Of a stretch of 64,000 nucleotides of DNA, positions 58,346-64,000 are shown in pieces. The stretch comes from the human T2T-CHM13v2.0 reference genome, Homo sapiens. Numbering within the stretch: the stretch's first letter is position 1; every line of letters starts with the position of its first letter. Location of the stretch: NCBI RefSeq assembly GCF_009914755.1, contig NC_060936.1; one strand, 5' to 3'. The translations under genes and the position numbers were made by a program. The notes below the pieces were generated by a model. That model was not told the DNA's origin and did no database searches. It saw nothing but the letters and a program-made list of their open reading frames with translations.

Positions 58346-60370
58346 TTTTTTTTTAACCTTTATTTTAGCCTCAGGGGTACATTTGCAGGTATGTTACATA
58401 GATAAATTGTGTCACCAGGATTTTGTATAGAGATTATTTCACTACCCAGGTAATATGGATGGCACCTAATAGGTACTTTTTGTCCTCACTCTCCTCCCAC
58501 CCTCCATCTTCAAGTAGTCCCCATTGTCTGTTATTCCCTTCTTTGCATTCATATGTATTCAATATTTATTTTGCAATTATATGTGAGAACATGCAATATT
58601 TGGTTTTCTATTTCTGTGTTAGTTCACTTAGGATAATGGCACCCAGCTCTATCCATGTTGCTGCAAAAGACAATGATCTCAATCTTTTTTATAGCTGTGT
58701 AGTATTCCATGGTATATGAGAACCATATTTTCTTTATCCAATCTACCACTGATGGACATTTAGGTTTACTCCATGTGTTTGCTATTGTGAATAGTGCCAT
58801 GATGAGCAAACACTTGCATGTGTCTTTATGGTAGAACCATTTACATTCTTTGGGGTATATAATCAATAATGGGATTACTGGGTGGAATGGCAATTCTGCT
58901 TTTAGCTCTTTGAGAAATTGACAAACTGTTGTTTTTTGACTTTCTGATAACAACCTTTCTGATTGGTGTGAGATGGTATCCCATAATGGTTTTGATTTGC
59001 ATTCCTCTAATAATTAAAGATGTTGAGAATTTTTCCATATACTTGTGGGCTGCATGTATGTCTTCTTTTGAAAAGTGTCCGTTCACGTCCTTTGCCCACT
59101 TTTTAATGGAGTTGTTTGTTTTTTTGCTCATTAATCCATTTAAGTTCCTTATAGATTCTGGGTATTAGACCTTTGTTTGATGCATAGTTTGCGAATATTT
59201 TCTCCCATTCTGTAGGTTCTTTGTTTACTCTGTTGATAGTTTTACTTTTTCCTGTGCAGGATCTCTCTAATTTAATTAGATCTTATTTGCCAATTTTTAT
59301 TTTTATTGCAATAGCTTTTGGCATCTGCATCATGAAATCTTTGACAGGCCCTATGCCCAAAATGCTATTTCCTAGGAGGTTATCTTCCAGTATTTGTATA
59401 GTTTTAGGTTTTGCATTTAAGTCTTTAATCCATCCTAACTTGATTTTTGTATATTGTATAAGGAAGGGATTCAGTTTCAGCCTTCTGCATATGACTAGTC
59501 AGTTATCCCAGCACCATTTATTGAATAGGGACCACTTTCCTTATTGTTTGTTTTTGTAGACTTTGTCCCAGATCAGATGATTCTAGGTGTGTCACATTAT
59601 TTCTGGGCTCTCTATTTTGTCCCATTGGTCTATGTGTCTACATGTCAGTTTTTGTACCAGTACCATGCTGTTTTGGTTACTGTAGGCTTACAGTAGAGTT
59701 TGAAGTTTGATAACATGATGCCTTCAGCTTTCTTCTTTTTGCTTAGGATTGTGTTGGCTATTCATGCTCTTTCCACTTGATTTTTAAAATAATTTTTTTT
59801 CTAATTCTGTGAAAAACGTCATTGGTAGTTTGATAGAAATAGTATTAAATCTGTAAATTGCTTTGGGCAGTATGGCCATTTTAACATGCTCTTGGATTCC
59901 TATCCAAGAGCATGGAATATTTCCAGTATCATTCTGATACCAAAACCTGACAGAGACATAACAAAAAAAGAAAACTTCAAGCAAATATCCATAATGAATA
60001 TAGATGCAAAAATCCTCAACAAAATACTAGTAAATCAAATCCAGCAGCAGATCAAAAACCTAATCCACCACAATTAAGTAAACTTTATCCCTGCGATGCA
60101 AGGTTGTCTTAACATATGCAAATCAATAAATGTGATTAATAACATAAAACTAAAAACAAAAACAAGATGATTATCTCAATAAATGCATAAAAGGCTTTTG
60201 ATAAAATTTAACATCTCCATGTTTTTTAAAAAAACTCTTAATAAACTAGGGATTTAAGAAACATACTTCACAATAATGAATGTCATCTATGACAAACCCA
60301 CAGCCAATGTCATACTGAATGAGTAAAAGCTGGAAGCACTCCCCTTGAAAACTGGAAAAAGACAAGGCAA
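58346..60370 (-). mobile_element. L1PA13-15-like, 5'-truncated with 5' inversion (antisense 58346-~59922, sense ~59923-60370)
   Basis: Poly-T plus antisense 3'UTR/ORF2 ([15 protein letters not shown] on - strand), switching to sense RT ([17 protein letters not shown]...[11 protein letters not shown]). Confidence 0.9.
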
Positions 60371-61889
60371 AAACCACTTTTGGAAACTCTGCACAAGAAA
60401 TTGCAGAATATAACCAATTTGCACATCCTATCCTGTCTAATAAAAGCAAATGCCAGTCCAGCTTGTTTCAATCACTATATATTGGATAATCTTTTTCATA
60501 GCATATTGGTCTGTACCCTAAATCTTACAATATGACTTGTAAATTGGTTAAAAACAAAGTGAAAAATAATATTTCATTTTAGGAAAACAGGGCTAATTAT
60601 ACAAACCAAACATGCACATGACATTAAGTCAGGCTGTATTATTTAGGCAATAACCTTACCTGTTTTATTTGTCTCTGTTAAAGTCTGATAAAATATAAAG
60701 TGTGAGACATTAGTATTGATAATCTACTAGAGAAGAAATAAAACCTCCAATGTGCTGAGCCTGAAAATAAAAAACAGTAATGTGTCAGTAAATATCTTAA
60801 ATGTTTTAATATCCTATGCACCTTTCAAAACTGGTCCTTAGGTCCGTATTTGAATGTGTTAATATCATTATTGAACCTAAAAGTTGCTACCAAGTGCCTC
60901 TTTTGTCTTCCTAGTTTTCAGTATATAGCTGATTAAGCTGTGTGCAGATTTTCTAGTTTATGCCAGATAACCAAAGAAAATATTTTAAATATATTTGACA
61001 ATTGTAATCTGTAACTTCTTTAATAATTCTGCTAGTACACATATGGTGTCTCTCACTTATGTCTAGAAGTAGCTGTATTACATTAAGTATGCTTCATTAA
61101 TGATTCACTCAACATTAAGCATTGATTAAGCACCTAATAAATTCATATTAATAGATAAAAATTTGTTGTGATAATGATGACAAGCTCCTCTCCAAGTACT
61201 CCAAGCTTCATCTCCAATATTTTCTTATGTGTCAAATATAAAATTTATAACCATTCCAGAAATAGAACTCTGAGTCTTGTTGATCTCCTTGTTTACATGC
61301 TATCATCGTATCTGAAAATACATCAAAACATAGATTGCTTTTTCTGCACAGAAAGACTAAGTGCAGATGAATTATTGCCCATTTCAAATGTTATGTTCCC
61401 CCCTCCCAATTTGCCCATTTACTCTAAGCTGAGTTCCTACAGATGCCTTTGCCTAGATGACATTATTTCAGATGATGTATTTATATGATTCTCTCTCTAC
61501 TGTTGCCACATTCAAATGCATTTGTGGAATCCAGCCATGCACAATAAACAATAATTTTTTAAATCCTTTATTCCAGGGCAAGCCATTTCTTCTAGCTATT
61601 CCACAGCACGAAGTGCAACTAAAGTGTTAGTATAATCATTTCATTAAATGATAGCCAAAGCAAAGAAGAAAATTGTTGTCCACTGACAATAAGACACAAA
61701 CACAAAAACAAACATAAATAAAGGGAACAGCTGCAGAATATGTGTAAATACATTTATTTTTTAAGACTAAAATTGAAAGTCATACATAGAGAATCTAAAT
61801 TTTGAAATAGTTGCTTACTCCTTCATGAAATACTTTAATTATCCTGGCTAGAAGGACAGCAAATTCTCCCCATTTTCCCTCTTTTTCAT

Positions 61890-63207
61890 TGCTATTCCCT
61901 CTTCTTCTCCATTCCTGCCTTATTTTCCTCTTTCTATCTTCCAAATGTTGGCATGTCCCAGGACTAATTTATCAGATCTTTTCTCTTTTCGCTTGCTCCC
62001 TAAGTGAGTGGTGGCTTAAAATGTCATCTGTACACTAATGTCTTTTAAATTAACATCTCTATCAATGATTTCTCCCTTAAGGATAGAATCTAATACTCAA
62101 CTACCTAGCTGATATGGGGGTTAGTTGATTGATTAGTAAATGGTTCAAATTTAACATGTTCTGAACTAAATTAGTGATTTTTGTCATTGCCTTTCACCTG
62201 TTCTTTTCCTATGTTTTCTAAGTCAGTAAATGGTAATTCTATTAGCCAATTTGCTCAAGCCTAAAGCTTAAGTCATTGTTTTCTTCATTTATTCTTCCAT
62301 TACCATATTCAGTAAGCAAGATCTATGAGTGCTGTCTTAAAAAGACTTACCAAATACAGCTACTCATCACTGCCTTTCCTGTTAACACCTTCAGTTCAGT
62401 TATTCTATGCCTAATAAATACAGTAATTTCCAAATCATTTTCTCTGCTTCTAACTCTACAGTTATAAGTCTAAAAGATAACCAGTGTGATATCTTCCAAA
62501 TGAAAATCAGACCTATCACTATCCTGCTAAGCAATTTGTTTCTACTTCAGAATAAAACTCAAATATTTACTTTAAAGATAAAATCCAAATGGAATACAGG
62601 GCTTTACATGATGTGGAAACAGCCTACTTCCGCTAACTTTTTCTCCAGCCACTCTCCAGTTTGCATTTCTTTCTGTGCCTTAATATTTTAGAATATTAAG
62701 GCTCCTTTCTGTTTCATGCCCTTACTACTTAGTATTCCTGTTCCTGAAATGCTCTTTCCTCATGATCTTGGCCTGGCAATTCCCTGACTTGATGAAAGTC
62801 TCTCCTTAAATTTCATTTCCTAAGAACATGACCAATTTACAAAAGTCTATCTAACATGACTCTCCACACCAAGTATATCGTACTTGCTTATACATTCAAC
62901 TTTACTTACTAGTCCTCAATATGTATCATATATATATAAATCAAAATCAATGTAAATATCTATATATCATATGTTATCTATGTATGTATATCTATATATG
63001 ATATCAATAACATGCTGATAAACATAGATAAATATATATACCAAGTATGATATATATTACATATATGCTTATTGAATTATTTATCTGTCTCTTTCCCAGT
63101 AAAATTTAAATTCCATAAAGACAGAAACATTTGTAAATCCACTACTCTATTCCCAAAGCCTAAATCATATAGGATAATGACCATAAAATATCTCTACAAA
63201 AATAAAT
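61890..63207 (+). mobile_element. L2a-like fragment with AT-rich expansion (~62920-63070)
   Basis: aaatgttggcatgtcccagg...catctgtacactaatg...tcagtaaatggtaa...cctgaaatgctctttcct...ttccataaagacagaaac. Confidence 0.75.
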
Positions 63208-63534
63208 ATAATTGTTGTCATTTTAAGGATTATTTTTTACAACTTTGAATACACAAAATAAGCTTATTTGCAAATCTTCTTTTAAAGCACAGTTTCATCA
63301 ATGATTAATAATTGCATTTTCTTATTTTTAATATTGTATTAGGAAAGTAAAAACTCATCAGATGCCAACATAAAAACCAAAAATTTGACAATAACATCTA
63401 TTTGTACAGTGTTCCTCATTTAATTACCCATTTTCCTTTACCTGAGGTAACTATCTATTTTGAGTATTTCTGTGTTATGGTTAATTTTCTTAAATTTAGA
63501 ATATCCTATTTAGAGTCAGTACCATTTTATAACT

Positions 63535-63760
63535 GTGGTAAAATTCTCAATATACACCAAAACTCCTCATAAAAACAGACAGACTGTAAGTAGCCAAAGA
63601 AAAAATCACAAAGAACATCTTCAACAAAACTAGGTGGCAAGTTATCCTGAGAGTGTTAGATTAAGAGTGCTTGAGGCAAAACACATTAAAAATCAGGATC
63701 CATACAAGATTAATAGGTGTACAAAGGTGGTGGAGGGAAAATAAAGAAATGTTTGGATGA
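63535..63760 (+). mobile_element. Possible ancient L1M 5'-end fragment
   Basis: Resembles 49435-49560 (aaaacagacaga...aacaaaactagg). Confidence 0.35.
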
Positions 63761-63848
63761 TCCTAAAAGCACAGGGTGAGAGAAATCAACCACCAATACT
63801 CACACCAAGAGAATCTCCGGTAAGCTGTACAGAGTTTAACAATGAAAT

Positions 63849-63922
63849 TGGAGAGGGAGAAGAGGGAGAAAGAGAAGGAGAGGGAGATGGGAAGAAGGAG
63901 ATGGGAGAAATAAAATGAGGGA
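63849..63922 (+). repeat. GA-rich polypurine tract
   Basis: ggagagggaagagggagaaagagaaggagagggagatggg... Confidence 0.8.
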
Positions 63923-64000
63923 CCCACTAAGGGTTCAATAGGACAGAGACACTTTAAAGAAAAATGTGACATATAAACAAATTCAATAGGGTAGATTCGG

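Noticed and set aside
63849-63922. Possible G-quadruplex
   Set aside because: GGG runs are separated by long loops (up to 15 nt), so it is a weak candidate.

Overview
AT-rich, CpG-poor primate (most likely human) genomic DNA made mostly of interspersed repeats. It looks like a gene desert or deep intron. I found no intact protein-coding gene, RNA gene, CRISPR array or processed pseudogene. The listed ORFs are broken L1/ERV frames, Alu-derived frames, microsatellite artefacts or short frames of chance length with no recognisable protein motif. Contents: many L1 copies of different ages (L1PA3 fragment, near-full-length L1PA15-17-like, 5'-inverted L1PA13-15-like, L1PB4, L1MA8/9, L1MC1/3/4, L1ME), Alus (Jb-like, Sp, Y, truncated, FLAM-like), MaLR LTRs (THE1, MST, MLT1) including one complete THE1B element, ERVL-class gag/pro/pol remnants, MER68, Tigger3 and MER5 DNA transposon relics, L2 and microsatellites. 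I cannot support a new biological system here. The best observations are small mutational footprints: a micro-inversion in the THE1B 3' LTR that flips its poly(A) signal, a perfect 13-bp hairpin beside an L1 inversion junction, and two near-contiguous ERVL halves in opposite orientation. Subfamily names come from recalled consensus sequences, not a RepeatMasker run, and boundaries of old elements are approximate.
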